Part shown: one piece after another, positions 14,544 to 24,544 of the stretch | Numbering within the stretch: position 1 is the stretch's first letter | How the letters are laid out: each line of letters begins with the position of its first letter | Assembly (NCBI GenBank): GCA_900769635.1 | Contig: CAAGHJ010000053.1 | Span: 1 to 62,591 of the forward strand | Length of the DNA stretch: 62,591 nt | Direction: 5' to 3' | Source: Bacilli bacterium | GTDB taxonomy: Bacteria; Bacillota_I; Bacilli_A; RF39; UBA660 | Translations under genes and position numbers: made by a program | The notes under the pieces: model-generated | Told to the model about the DNA's origin: nothing | Databases searched by the model: none | The model's input: the letters and a program-made list of their open reading frames with translations, nothing else

Positions 14544-15839
14544 TTACATACTAGAACTTGCACTTTTTACAAATGTTAGTGATGATATGATTGAACTTTC
14601 CATATAGGTACAACCGTAATCCTCGTTTAAATTTATTTCCGAACTTACTTTATATATACTTCCTTCATATATGGCAAAATATGTATATTTATTGGTACCT
14701 TCATTACTAACACTATGGGTATAACTCCATAGATAGTTGTTTATTTTATCACTAAGTATTGCATTATTTTCGTTATATGTTGGATTACTTTCTAGATATT
14801 CATCAACACTTTTGGCATCAGTTGGTGTTGAGGTTACGATAAATCTACAATTACTTTTATCGGTACTGTACTTCCCTACTACACCGCTTGGTATTGTTTG
14901 TGTTATTACTTTATCGGGAAAATCTACTTTTAGTTTATCTACTGTCTTTGTTGTTGTACTTCCTACCCCTTGGTAATCCATTTCTTCTTTTATTTCGTAT
15001 AGAGCATTATTCATTACACTTACATAACTTCTATATGCAGCAATTATGAATATTATCATAAATAGTGCTACTATGTATAGGACGACAGGAACAATGGATG
15101 TTCCTCCTTTTTTGGTACATATTCGTGCTAAGGAATTTATATCTCGATCGGGATTTTGTTCCTTTATTTTATTTACTTTCTTTTCGGCATATTCGACATA
15201 TTTTTCTTTAAATTTTAGTCCTACTACTACATTTACTACTATGGTTATTATTCTTAATATATAATATGTGGTATCTCCTTCATTAGATGGGAATATTTCT
15301 ACTAGGGCATAGTTTATGGCAATCCATACTATGGCTACTAAATATATTTTTCTATATAGTAGATAGAAGGGTCCGAAAAAAAAGGCTGGAAAGCAAAAGC
15401 CACCGCTACATATTTGATCGGCATTTTTTCCTATATAGCTATCTATAAGTAGATTGTTTGTTTCGTATTCTTCATATCTTTCATAGGGTCTATTATAATT
15501 TATTTCTAAGTTGGGTTGGTTATTGATATTGGGTATTGTTCCTCCTGTTGTAAAGTTTGGTATTTGATTACTTGTATTATTATAGTTATATGGATTATTA
15601 TTATTTAAATTATTTATGTTATTATTTGCTTGATATGTACCAAAACTGTTATAGTTATTATTATAATTATTATTATTGTAATTGTTGTTATAATTGTTAT
15701 TGGGATTGAACCCATTATTTCCTTGATTATAGTTATTATTGAGATTAGCCCCTATAAAGTTATATCCACAGTACTTGCAAAAGTTTTCCCCTGAACTTAT
15801 TATATTTCCGCATTTTGGACAGTTCATATTTTCCTCCAC
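14544..15839 (-). CDS. zinc-ribbon membrane protein with a long Asn/Tyr low-complexity tract
   Basis: N-term CPKCGNIISSGENFCKYCG; N/Y-rich aa 33-95; several TM helices; extracytoplasmic C-terminal domain. Confidence 0.7.
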   Translation of the reverse strand: MEENMNCPKCGNIISSGENFCKYCGYNFIGANLNNNYNQGNNGFNPNNNYNNNYNNNNYNNNYNSFGTYQANNNINNLNNNNPYNYNNTSNQIPNFTTGGTIPNINNQPNLEINYNRPYERYEEYETNNLLIDSYIGKNADQICSGGFCFPAFFFGPFYLLYRKIYLVAIVWIAINYALVEIFPSNEGDTTYYILRIITIVVNVVVGLKFKEKYVEYAEKKVNKIKEQNPDRDINSLARICTKKGGTSIVPVVLYIVALFMIIFIIAAYRSYVSVMNNALYEIKEEMDYQGVGSTTTKTVDKLKVDFPDKVITQTIPSGVVGKYSTDKSNCRFIVTSTPTDAKSVDEYLESNPTYNENNAILSDKINNYLWSYTHSVSNEGTNKYTYFAIYEGSIYKVSSEINLNEDYGCTYMESSIISSLTFVKSASSSM

Positions 15840-15850
15840 TTCTTTATTTT

Positions 15851-15859
15851 ATTATATCA
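15851..15859 (-). promoter_or_regulatory. extended -10 (TGATATAAT)
   Basis: The reverse complement of attatatca, about 12 nt upstream of the ATG at 15839. Confidence 0.35.
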
Positions 15860-15902
15860 TTTTTTTAGGTTTACGTATATATTTTTTAGATTTTTTTCTT
15901 AA

Positions 15903-16274
15903 TTATCAAATTTTGTTTTACTAAACTGTAAACTATGGTGGATATTTGCTTTATCTGGAATATTAAATGAATTAATTTACTTTATTTTTAAAATTAAGTA
16001 TGTTAGAATAGTACTAAAAAGAGAAATAAAGGAAGAAATAGGAGTAAACTTAAATGATGATTTTAATCTTTTAGATACTCAATTGAGAAAGCAACAATTT
16101 ATTGATATATATACAACTAATCAAATAATAAAAATAGTTACTTTGCAAAAGGAAGAAGTAAGCGATTATAAATTTGTAACCAAGGATGAATTTAACAAGA
16201 TGATTAATGATAATGAAATAGTACCTGCTATAATAGATAGGTATAATATGATAAAACATTATTTTTCATCATAA
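15903..16274 (+). pseudogene. NUDIX hydrolase remnant lacking its 5' part
   Basis: Stop-free frame with no in-frame ATG before TTG 16083. Contains LKREIKEEIGV (the REx2EExGU part of the Nudix box), but the upstream Gx5E part is not recognisable. Confidence 0.4.
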
Positions 16275-16301
16275 TTAATGGCATCTACTTTTTTTTATAA
16301 A

Positions 16302-16327
16302 AAGAAACTGTTTTATTTCAGTTTCTT
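16302..16327. terminator. bidirectional terminator (parC / Nudix remnant)
   Basis: AAGAAACTG-ttttattt-CAGTTTCTT with flanking T/A runs. Confidence 0.7.
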
Positions 16328-16352
16328 TGTTCTTACCCAAGGGTAGGGCATA

Positions 16353-18743
16353 TTAATTTTCTATCATTTCTACTTTGATATGGCTACTTAGGAGTTTATT
16401 TTTAGCAATAAAGGATCCATTACTTTGTTTATCCATTACTTTTATGTCAGTTAGTTTAATTGTTTTTTGTTCTTTTTCGGTAATGAGAACTATTTCTGAC
16501 TTTGTATTTTCGATAAAGGTATTTATAATTTTGGATGGATTGGACTTGATTTCTTTCATTAATAGGCTTCCTCTTTTAGCACGAGTGGTCTTTTCGAGTT
16601 CTTCTAGTTTTAGTCTTTTTCCTGTTCCTTTATCGGTTAAAATGGTTATGTATTCGGCATTATCAAAGTGGTACCCTGATACGACATAGTCATCTTTTAG
16701 ATTTATGGATTTAACACCTGATGCACGAATACCTATTACAGGAATTTCTTCGGTGCTATACCATAATCCGTAACCGTTATGGGTTGCTATAAGGGTATTT
16801 TCTTTATTGGTTGTATCTACACTTATGACCTCATCACCGTCTTTTAGGTTCATCATACAGATTGGTTTGGAGTATCTTTGTACGGCAAAGTCTTTTAGTT
16901 TGGTTCTTTTAGCCATTCCGTTTTTGGTAAAGATGGTTATGTATTTATCGTCATTAAAGTTATAGACAGGCATACTTCCTATAATACTTTCGTTTTGGGC
17001 TAGTGGTATGATATTGCTTATGTGTTTTCCTAGTTCTTTCCACTTTGCTTCTGGTAGTTCATAGACTGGTAAGTAGAGGTAATTTCCGAGATTGGTAAAG
17101 ACTAGTAGGGTATTTCTGGTATTTGCTTTGTATAGTCCTATTAGATAGTCGGTATCTTTAAGGGCTGTTTCTTCTTCGGCCTTGGAATAGCTTCTAGTGC
17201 TTACTCTTTTTATGTATCCTTCGTGGGAGAGGGCTACTATTACATCTTCATCGGGGATAAACATTGTGTTATCGATTTTTATTTCTTCTATTTCAGCTCT
17301 TATTTCTGTTAATCTTGGCATAAAGTATTCTCTTCTTATGCGTCTTAATTCTTCTTTTATGACTAGATTTAGTTTTTCGGGACTTGATAGTATTTCTTCT
17401 AATAATTTCATTATTCTTTCTAGATTGGCTTTTTCTTCTTCAAGGACTACGACATCGGTATTGGTTAGTCTATATAATTGGAGTTCGACAATGGCAGTTG
17501 CTTGTTCCTCTGTAAAGTTATATTCTTTAACGAGGTTGGCAATGGCATCGGCTTTGTTTTTTGATGCTCTAATGGTTTTTACTACTTCGTCTAATATGCT
17601 TATGGCTTTTATTAATCCTATTACGATATGGTATCTTTTTTCAGCGTGGGCAAGATCGAAACGGCTTCTTTTTAGTATTACTTCTTTTTGATGTGCTATA
17701 TAGGCATCTAGTATTTCAAGAAGGCCTAATTGTTTTGGGCGTCTTCCTACAATGGCTATCATATTGAAGTTATAGCTTATTTGGAGTTCGGTATTTTTAT
17801 AGAGATAATTTAGGATATTTTCGGCCTTAGCGTCTTTTTTTAAGTCAATGGTTATTTGCATACCGGTTTTATCGGATTCGTCAATTACTTCATTTATTCC
17901 TTCTATTTTTTTATCTATTCTTATTTCGTCGATTTTTTTTACGAGGGCTTGTTTATTTACTTCATAGGGAATCTCGGTTATTATTATTTTGTTTTTCTCT
18001 ATACTGGTTTTGGCGGTTATTATTATCTTCCCTCTTCCGGTTTCATAGGCTTGTTTTATACCTGATAATCCTGATGCGATACCTCCCGTAGGGAAATCGG
18101 GGCCTTTTATGTAATTCATTATGGTATCTAATCTTGAATTGGGATTATCTATGCGATATATTACGCCGTCAATTACTTCTCCTAAATTGTGAGGAGGGAT
18201 ATTTGTTGCATATCCGGCACTTATTCCGGTAGTTCCGTTTACAAGGAGATTGGGAAACTTACTTGGTAAAACGGTAGGCTCCATTAGGGTATCGTCATAG
18301 TTGGGGGTAAAGGTCACTGTTTCTTTATCTATATCTCTTAGCATTTCTCCGGCTATTTTTGATAAGCGGGCCTCGGTATAACGGGATGCAGCGGGAGAAT
18401 CACCGTCGATAGATCCGTTATTTCCTTGCATATCGACAAATGGGGCACGCATTTTCCAATCTTGACTCATTCTAACAATGGCATCATATATTGAACTATC
18501 TCCGTGGGGATGGTATTTTCCCATTACATCGCCGACAGCTCTTGCTGATTTTTTATAGGGTTTATCATAAGTATTTTTTTCTTTATACATTGAAAATAGT
18601 ATTCGTCTTTGAACGGGTTTTAGTCCATCTCTTACATCGGGTATAGCTCGATCTTGTATTATGTATTTTGAGTATTTTCCAAATCTTTCTCCCATTATTT
18701 CTTCTAATGAGTAGTCATAAATTTTTTTTATAATTTCTTCCAT
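16353..18743 (-). CDS. parC: DNA topoisomerase IV subunit A
   Basis: MGERFGKYSKYIIQDRAIPDVRDGLKPVQRRILFSM, HPHGDSSIYDAIVRMSQDW, AASRYTEARL. No GyrA box (QRRGGKG). Confidence 0.8.
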   Translation of the reverse strand: MEEIIKKIYDYSLEEIMGERFGKYSKYIIQDRAIPDVRDGLKPVQRRILFSMYKEKNTYDKPYKKSARAVGDVMGKYHPHGDSSIYDAIVRMSQDWKMRAPFVDMQGNNGSIDGDSPAASRYTEARLSKIAGEMLRDIDKETVTFTPNYDDTLMEPTVLPSKFPNLLVNGTTGISAGYATNIPPHNLGEVIDGVIYRIDNPNSRLDTIMNYIKGPDFPTGGIASGLSGIKQAYETGRGKIIITAKTSIEKNKIIITEIPYEVNKQALVKKIDEIRIDKKIEGINEVIDESDKTGMQITIDLKKDAKAENILNYLYKNTELQISYNFNMIAIVGRRPKQLGLLEILDAYIAHQKEVILKRSRFDLAHAEKRYHIVIGLIKAISILDEVVKTIRASKNKADAIANLVKEYNFTEEQATAIVELQLYRLTNTDVVVLEEEKANLERIMKLLEEILSSPEKLNLVIKEELRRIRREYFMPRLTEIRAEIEEIKIDNTMFIPDEDVIVALSHEGYIKRVSTRSYSKAEEETALKDTDYLIGLYKANTRNTLLVFTNLGNYLYLPVYELPEAKWKELGKHISNIIPLAQNESIIGSMPVYNFNDDKYITIFTKNGMAKRTKLKDFAVQRYSKPICMMNLKDGDEVISVDTTNKENTLIATHNGYGLWYSTEEIPVIGIRASGVKSINLKDDYVVSGYHFDNAEYITILTDKGTGKRLKLEELEKTTRAKRGSLLMKEIKSNPSKIINTFIENTKSEIVLITEKEQKTIKLTDIKVMDKQSNGSFIAKNKLLSSHIKVEMIEN

Positions 18744-18846
18744 ATTCTTTCACCATATTTTATATTATCATATTTCCGAACTTTTGGAAAGGGTAATGGG
18801 AGGGTTTTTTTATTTTTTTTGGGGGTTTGGGCCCTTATTATTAGAA

Positions 18847-18869
18847 AAAGAGCCACGGTTTGGCTCTTT
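18847..18869 (-). terminator. rho-independent terminator of the surface protein gene
   Basis: Minus sense: AAAGAGCCA-aaccg-TGGCTCTTT-TTC. Confidence 0.7.
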
Positions 18870-18871
18870 AA

Positions 18872-20785
18872 TTAGTTTGTTTGTTTTCTTTTCTTATAGT
18901 AATATGTACCTACTCCTGATAGGGCAATTGCTGCAAACATCATTCCTACAAAGCTTAGAATGCTATCGCTAGTTTGTGGATTTGCAATTGTGCTTCCACC
19001 TGCGTTTGCGTTATCATAAGTTATGGCATAGCTTGAGAATTTGCTAGCGAATATGTAAATCATTCCTTCTTCTTCGTCTACATAGTAGGTTCCGTCTTTG
19101 TATGCGTCTTTATTTTCTGGCATTGCTGTTAATTTTTTGAATTTGTCAACTGCTTGTCCGTGATATCTAGCAATGGCTATATTTGTTTTTCCTTCAAGGT
19201 TGTATGGAACAGCAAACATTAGAACGTTATCTGTTTCATTAATGATTTCATCTCCATCAGCTAGTTCTATTTCTAAGAAATCGTAGTTTTCGGCTTTGAT
19301 GTTTTCTTTAATGGCTTTATGGGCATCTGTTTCTTCTACATCTTTACCTATAACCATTGTTATTTCGTTTCTTGCTATTACTTCATCTAATCCGTCAACG
19401 GCTACATCTGGGGTATCGTTTCCTACATAAACTATTCTTGTTCCTACATTACCGATTGTTAAATCTATGGTAACGTCTTTGTCTACTTTTACGTATTTTG
19501 ATGTTGAACCGAAGGCATCTACTACTACTAGGGTATATGTTCCTTTGGCTACATTAGTAAAGGCATAATCTCCTTTATCATCTACTTTAGATATTTGAAG
19601 TACTTTTGCACCTTGTTTTAACTGTACAATTGTTCCTTCTTCGGAATCTGTTACTTTTCCTAGAATTTTATATGTTCCTTCTTTTACGTTTATTTTTTCT
19701 ACGACAACGTTTCCGTCTTCGTTTACATAAGATTTGTATCCGGCATTTAATAGCATTGATACGTCATTGTTATAAGTTCCGCCGTTAATGAATGTTGGAA
19801 TCTTTGCACTTAAGGCATTTGATAACATAAATGTTACGTTATCCTCACTGCTTGTAAAGGTTCCGCCATTTATTTTTAGGCTGTCTACGTTTAGTACTCC
19901 TGAAGATGTTATGTATTCTTCAAAAGCAAATCTGTTTGTACTAATGAAAGTTCCTCCATTAATGGTTAGGTTTATGTGTCCATAATATGATGAGTTACTT
20001 TCTATTAGAATTGTTGATCCGTTACTGTTTATTCCGTTACCGTATTCTTTCGGATCTTTGGATTCTCCGTTTGCTAGGAATGTTCCTCCATTAATGGTTA
20101 GGGTTCCTGACTTTATTCCTAATGCTGATTTTCCGCTTACTTTGGCATTTCCTATAGTCCAAGTACTATTTCCTGCGGAATATAAGCCAATTTCATCTCC
20201 AACTATTTCAGCTCCATCTTTGATTGCTATCACGGGTCCGTTTTCGTTTTTGATTCTTCCTTGAACGGTTATTCCTGTATCTGTTGCTTTGGCTTTGCCA
20301 GCAAAGGTTACTTTTACGCCATAAGCATCTTTGTTTATTTTAGTTTGGTTTTCAAAGATTGCTACACCATATTTTCCTACTAGGGTTACATCTTTTTCTA
20401 CTGTTAATACTGAGTAGTCTTTGGCATCTTTGTCTTTGCTTCCCCAAACGGCTAATGCGTTATGTCCTGGCATTGTAATAGTTCCTTTACCTGTTACAGT
20501 AAGGTTACCATTAGATACGGTTATCGATCTGTTTTCTTTTTTTTCTACAGTTGTTAAATTGAAGCCATTTAAGTCAAATGTTAGGGTTCTTCCTTCATCA
20601 ACCATAATATAGCTTCCATCGTGTGTTACGTCTTTTGTTAATTTAATAGTGTCGCCTGTTACTGCTTTTTTGAAGGCATCTACTAAACTTGCATCATCTG
20701 CTACTTCGATTGTTGCGGCACTTACTGATGGTACGTAAATCATAAGTGCGATAGCTGCTACTATTAATAGCATTTTTTTCTTCAT
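18872..20785 (-). CDS. cell-surface protein with beta-helix-like repeats, a CarboxypepD_reg-like domain and an NPQTS-type sorting signal
   Basis: Start moved to ATG 20783-20785 (GGAGGA SD). MKKKMLLIVAAIALMIYVPSVSA signal. Repeated (L)TINGGTF motif x4. C-terminal NPQTS, hydrophobic stretch, KKRKQTN. Confidence 0.75.
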   Translation of the reverse strand: MKKKMLLIVAAIALMIYVPSVSAATIEVADDASLVDAFKKAVTGDTIKLTKDVTHDGSYIMVDEGRTLTFDLNGFNLTTVEKKENRSITVSNGNLTVTGKGTITMPGHNALAVWGSKDKDAKDYSVLTVEKDVTLVGKYGVAIFENQTKINKDAYGVKVTFAGKAKATDTGITVQGRIKNENGPVIAIKDGAEIVGDEIGLYSAGNSTWTIGNAKVSGKSALGIKSGTLTINGGTFLANGESKDPKEYGNGINSNGSTILIESNSSYYGHINLTINGGTFISTNRFAFEEYITSSGVLNVDSLKINGGTFTSSEDNVTFMLSNALSAKIPTFINGGTYNNDVSMLLNAGYKSYVNEDGNVVVEKINVKEGTYKILGKVTDSEEGTIVQLKQGAKVLQISKVDDKGDYAFTNVAKGTYTLVVVDAFGSTSKYVKVDKDVTIDLTIGNVGTRIVYVGNDTPDVAVDGLDEVIARNEITMVIGKDVEETDAHKAIKENIKAENYDFLEIELADGDEIINETDNVLMFAVPYNLEGKTNIAIARYHGQAVDKFKKLTAMPENKDAYKDGTYYVDEEEGMIYIFASKFSSYAITYDNANAGGSTIANPQTSDSILSFVGMMFAAIALSGVGTYYYKKRKQTN

Positions 20786-20909
20786 AATTCTCCTCCTTTT
20801 TATTTTAAACTTGTAGAGTGTTACTTCTTTCTCTACTATCTTCATTTTATCATAGTTGATTGTATTTTACAAGTTTATTTTAAAAAAAGACTTAGTTTTT
20901 ATCTAAGTC

Positions 20910-21650
20910 TTAGTAAAATACGTTTTTTAGATATAGGCCTACAGCTGGAGCTGTTTTTCCGGCCTTTGTTCTATCTTCGCTTTTTAGTATTTGTATTATA
21001 TCTTCGGGTTTTATTTTGCCTTCTCCTATTTCTAGTAGAGTTCCTACCATATTTCTTACCATATATCTCATAAAGCCGCTTCCAGTGAAGGAAAGGGTTA
21101 TTTGGTTTATGTTACGGGGATCTCTTATGACTTCGGTTTCACTTATGGTTCTTACATAGTCTTCTTTTTCGTCATCGGCTTTGGTAAAGGATTTATAGTT
21201 ATGGGTTCCTTCTAGGTATTTTAGGGCTCTTTCCATAGCTACTACGTCTAATTTGTATGGGCACTGATATACATAGTTTCTTTCTATGGGATTATAGGGT
21301 CCTGTGTTTATTTTATAGATGTATTCTTTACCGTGAGCGTTAAACCTTGCGTGAAAGTCTTTATCGACTTCTTCGACTTTATCAATTGATATATCGGGTG
21401 GTAAAAGGCTATTTATGCTTTTTTGGAGTTTATTTGTTTCTATTTTTGTATCCATATCAAAATGGGCCTTTTGGGCGAGGGCGTGAACTCCGGCATCGGT
21501 GCGACCGGATGCGTTTAGACTTACTTTTATGTCTTTGTTTATTTTGGTTAAAGCGGTTTCTATTTCTTCCTGAATGGTTCTTTTATCGGGTTGTTTGGCA
21601 TATCCGTAAAAACCACTACCGTCATAGGAAAATGTTATTAAATATCTCAT
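20910..21650 (-). CDS. truA: tRNA pseudouridine(38-40) synthase
   Basis: FSYDGSGFYGYAKQP, ASGRTDAGVHALAQKAHFD. Confidence 0.9.
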   Translation of the reverse strand: MRYLITFSYDGSGFYGYAKQPDKRTIQEEIETALTKINKDIKVSLNASGRTDAGVHALAQKAHFDMDTKIETNKLQKSINSLLPPDISIDKVEEVDKDFHARFNAHGKEYIYKINTGPYNPIERNYVYQCPYKLDVVAMERALKYLEGTHNYKSFTKADDEKEDYVRTISETEVIRDPRNINQITLSFTGSGFMRYMVRNMVGTLLEIGEGKIKPEDIIQILKSEDRTKAGKTAPAVGLYLKNVFY

Positions 21651-21677
21651 TTTATTACTACCTCACTTCTTGTTTTT

Positions 21678-21686
21678 ATTATATCA
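21678..21686 (-). promoter_or_regulatory. extended -10 (TGATATAAT) for truA
   Basis: The reverse complement of attatatca, between the VanY-like stop and the truA start. Confidence 0.4.
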
Positions 21687-21710
21687 TTTTATTTTGGTTT
21701 GGGCAAATTT

Positions 21711-22262
21711 TTATTCTCGTTGACTTACATATTCTTCAAGAGTTATTTTTTGTTCGTTTATTTTAGATGCGTCTTTGCCCGTGTAGCGTAAGTGCCATGG
21801 TTCATAATCGTATCCTGTTATATCTTCTTTTCCTTCGGGGTATCTGACTATAAAGCCGTATTTGTGGGCATTTTGGTGGACCCATTTTGTTTCTTCCATA
21901 CTGGTTATTTCGTTTTCTATATAGCATTTTTCGTCTTTATATATGCAAAAATCGAGGGCAAGACCGGTTTGATGTTCTGATGAACCTGGTTTGGCTATTT
22001 TGCGAAAGGCATAATTTAGGCCTTTTTCGTGGACTAATCGTGTATAGATTTTATTTTGGTAATCATAGCTTCTATAACCACTCATTATATCTATTTGATA
22101 GTTTTCTTTTTGGGCATCTTCTTTCATTTTTTCAAAGGCTGTGAGAACATAATCTACAATGGTTATATTGTCCTTATATATGCTATTTGCGGGAACAAGG
22201 TTAGGGGGCGTGTATGTTTTATCTAATAGAAAGTGTTTATTTACTACTAATAGATTATTCAT
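21711..22262 (-). CDS. M15 family D-Ala-D-Ala carboxypeptidase (VanY-like)
   Basis: SGYRSYDYQ, SEHQTGLALD, EPWHLRY. Confidence 0.85.
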   Translation of the reverse strand: MNNLLVVNKHFLLDKTYTPPNLVPANSIYKDNITIVDYVLTAFEKMKEDAQKENYQIDIMSGYRSYDYQNKIYTRLVHEKGLNYAFRKIAKPGSSEHQTGLALDFCIYKDEKCYIENEITSMEETKWVHQNAHKYGFIVRYPEGKEDITGYDYEPWHLRYTGKDASKINEQKITLEEYVSQRE

Positions 22263-22286
22263 ATTATCACCTGTTATATTATATGT

Positions 22287-24380
22287 TTAGGTTATTTTGG
22301 TGATACTTTTATGATTTTTCATTAGTTTTCTTATTCCATAAGGATGGGGGAAAGCGATAGTTAGGATTGTGTTTCCTACATCGGTTATGACGCCAATTCC
22401 GTACTTTTCGTGTTTTATGTGTTCTCCTACTTTATAGGTTTCGGATTGTTCTTTAAACATATTTTCTTTGGTAAAGTTTATGGCTTTACTTATTATATTA
22501 GTTTTTTTGTTTATTTCTTCAATGTATTTTGGATCTATTTCATTTATAAATCTACTTGGTAAGTTGAACTGGACATTACCGAAGAGCATTCTTTTTTTGG
22601 CATTTAATAGATATAGTTTTTTCTTGGCACGGGTTATGGCTACATAGCATAGTCTTCGTTCTTCTTCTATAGCAGAGGCTACTCCTTCTTGAAGGGAGTT
22701 GTAATGGGGAAATATTTCTTCTTCCATTCCGATTACAAAGACGTTATCGTATTCGAGGCCTTTTACGGCGTGTATTGTCATAAGGCTTACTCGGCTTTTT
22801 TCTTCTTGGTGCTCGGATACATCACTAACGAGGGTTACTTCGTTTAGGAAGTCTTCGAGGGATATTTCGCCATTGTCTTCTTCATAGCTTTTGGTTATGG
22901 ATTTGAATTCTTCGAGGTTTTCTAGTCTGATAGTGGCTTCGAGTGTTTTTTCGTTTTGGAGTTCTTGTTTTAGTCCGCTATCGTTTAGGACAACATCAAC
23001 GAGTTCGGTTAGGGAGAGGTTCTCACTTTTTGTTTTAAGGGTATTTATTAGTTTTTTGAATTCTAATTCTTTTCCGCTATCTATTGCATCAAAAAGTGTT
23101 TTGTTTTCTTGTCTGGCTTTTTCGACAAGATTATTTATGGTTTTCTCACCTATTTTTCGTTTTGGGGTATTTATTACTCTTAGTAGGCTGACGTCATCTT
23201 GGGGATTATTTATTAATCTTAGATAGCAAAGGAGGTCTTTTATTTCTTTTCGGTTATAGAAGTAAAAGCTTCCTACTACTCTATATGGTATGCCATCTTT
23301 TAGCATTTCTTCTTCGATAAGTCGTGACTGGGCATTGGTTCTATATAGTATGGCTATGTTTTCATAATTGGTACCGTTTTCGACAAGGTGTTTTATTTCC
23401 TCACCTACATACTGGCATTCTTCTCTATCGGTATTGACTTCGATATATTTTACTTTACTGCCTTCTTCATTATTGGACCAGAGATTTTTGTCTTTTCTTT
23501 GTTTATTGTGTTTTATTACACTATTGGCAGCATTTAGGATATTTTTAGTGGAGCGATAGTTTTCTTCGAGGAGGATTACTTTACAGTTTGGATAGTCTTT
23601 CTCAAAATTTAGGATATTTTTGAAATTGGCTCCTCGAAAGGCGTAAATGGCTTGGTCATTATCTCCAACGACAAAGATGTTTTTGTGTAGAGCGGAGATC
23701 ATTTTACTTAGGATATATTGGGCTTCATTGGTATCTTGGTATTCGTCGATTAGGATGTATTTGTATTGTTTTTGATAATGGGCTAATATTTCTTTATTTT
23801 GTTTGAATAGTTTTATGGGTAATATTAGGAGATCATCAAAATCAACGGTATTATTTGTTTTGAGTATTCTTTGGTATCTTCTATATATTTCGACAATATT
23901 TTTATCGGCTTCTAATTTATCGTATTCATCGGGATTTATTAGTTCATTCTTGCAAGTGCTTATTTTATTTCTTATGGTCTTGGCACTATAAAATTTGGGG
24001 TTTAAATCTAAGTCTTTCATTAGTTTTTTTATGATGGTAAGAACGTCGTCAGAATCCACGATAGTGAAATTTTTATCATAACCGAGTACACTGGCATTTT
24101 CTTTTATTATTTTGAGACCAAAGGAATGGAAAGTTGAAATTTGGATTTTATAGGCTCCGTAGACTAGTTTGGCTACTCTTTCTCGCATTTCCGTTGCGGC
24201 TTTATTGGTGAAGGTAATGGCAAGAATGTTTTGGGGATTGACATCGTTTTCGATTAGGTAGGCTATACGACTGGTAAGGACTTTTGTTTTACCGCTTCCT
24301 GCTCCAGCTAAAACTAGCATCGGGCCGTCTATATGGGTTACTGCTTCTCTTTGTTTATTGTTTAATAGTTCTAAATTCAT
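22287..24380 (-). CDS. pcrA: ATP-dependent DNA helicase PcrA/UvrD
   Basis: LNNKQREAVTHIDGPMLVLAGAGSGKTKVLT, ILIDEYQDTN, VITRAKKKL. Confidence 0.9.
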   Translation of the reverse strand: MNLELLNNKQREAVTHIDGPMLVLAGAGSGKTKVLTSRIAYLIENDVNPQNILAITFTNKAATEMRERVAKLVYGAYKIQISTFHSFGLKIIKENASVLGYDKNFTIVDSDDVLTIIKKLMKDLDLNPKFYSAKTIRNKISTCKNELINPDEYDKLEADKNIVEIYRRYQRILKTNNTVDFDDLLILPIKLFKQNKEILAHYQKQYKYILIDEYQDTNEAQYILSKMISALHKNIFVVGDNDQAIYAFRGANFKNILNFEKDYPNCKVILLEENYRSTKNILNAANSVIKHNKQRKDKNLWSNNEEGSKVKYIEVNTDREECQYVGEEIKHLVENGTNYENIAILYRTNAQSRLIEEEMLKDGIPYRVVGSFYFYNRKEIKDLLCYLRLINNPQDDVSLLRVINTPKRKIGEKTINNLVEKARQENKTLFDAIDSGKELEFKKLINTLKTKSENLSLTELVDVVLNDSGLKQELQNEKTLEATIRLENLEEFKSITKSYEEDNGEISLEDFLNEVTLVSDVSEHQEEKSRVSLMTIHAVKGLEYDNVFVIGMEEEIFPHYNSLQEGVASAIEEERRLCYVAITRAKKKLYLLNAKKRMLFGNVQFNLPSRFINEIDPKYIEEINKKTNIISKAINFTKENMFKEQSETYKVGEHIKHEKYGIGVITDVGNTILTIAFPHPYGIRKLMKNHKSITKIT

Positions 24381-24406
24381 TGGTACCTCTCTTTCTTCTG
24401 TGTTTA

Positions 24407-24415
24407 ATTATATCA
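24407..24415 (-). promoter_or_regulatory. extended -10 (TGATATAAT) for pcrA
   Basis: The reverse complement of attatatca, about 27 nt upstream of the ATG. Confidence 0.4.
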
Positions 24416-24442
24416 CAATCTTTTGATATTGCAACGGATAAT

Positions 24443-24470
24443 TAAAGAAAAACGAGTTTATTTACTCGTT
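24443..24470 (-). terminator. rho-independent terminator after the 180-aa gene
   Basis: Minus sense: AACGAGT-aaataa-ACTCGTT-TTTCTTT. Confidence 0.7.
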
Positions 24471-24544
24471 TATTCTACTAAACTTGGGGTTATTTATAAT
24501 GTGCCCCGTAGGGATAATTTATAAAAGATATATTAGTCTTTTTG

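Noticed and set aside
15554-15743. Repetitive aat/tat-rich DNA as a possible CRISPR or tandem-repeat locus
   Set aside because: It has no regular repeat-spacer periodicity. It is in frame within a long ORF and encodes an Asn/Tyr tract.
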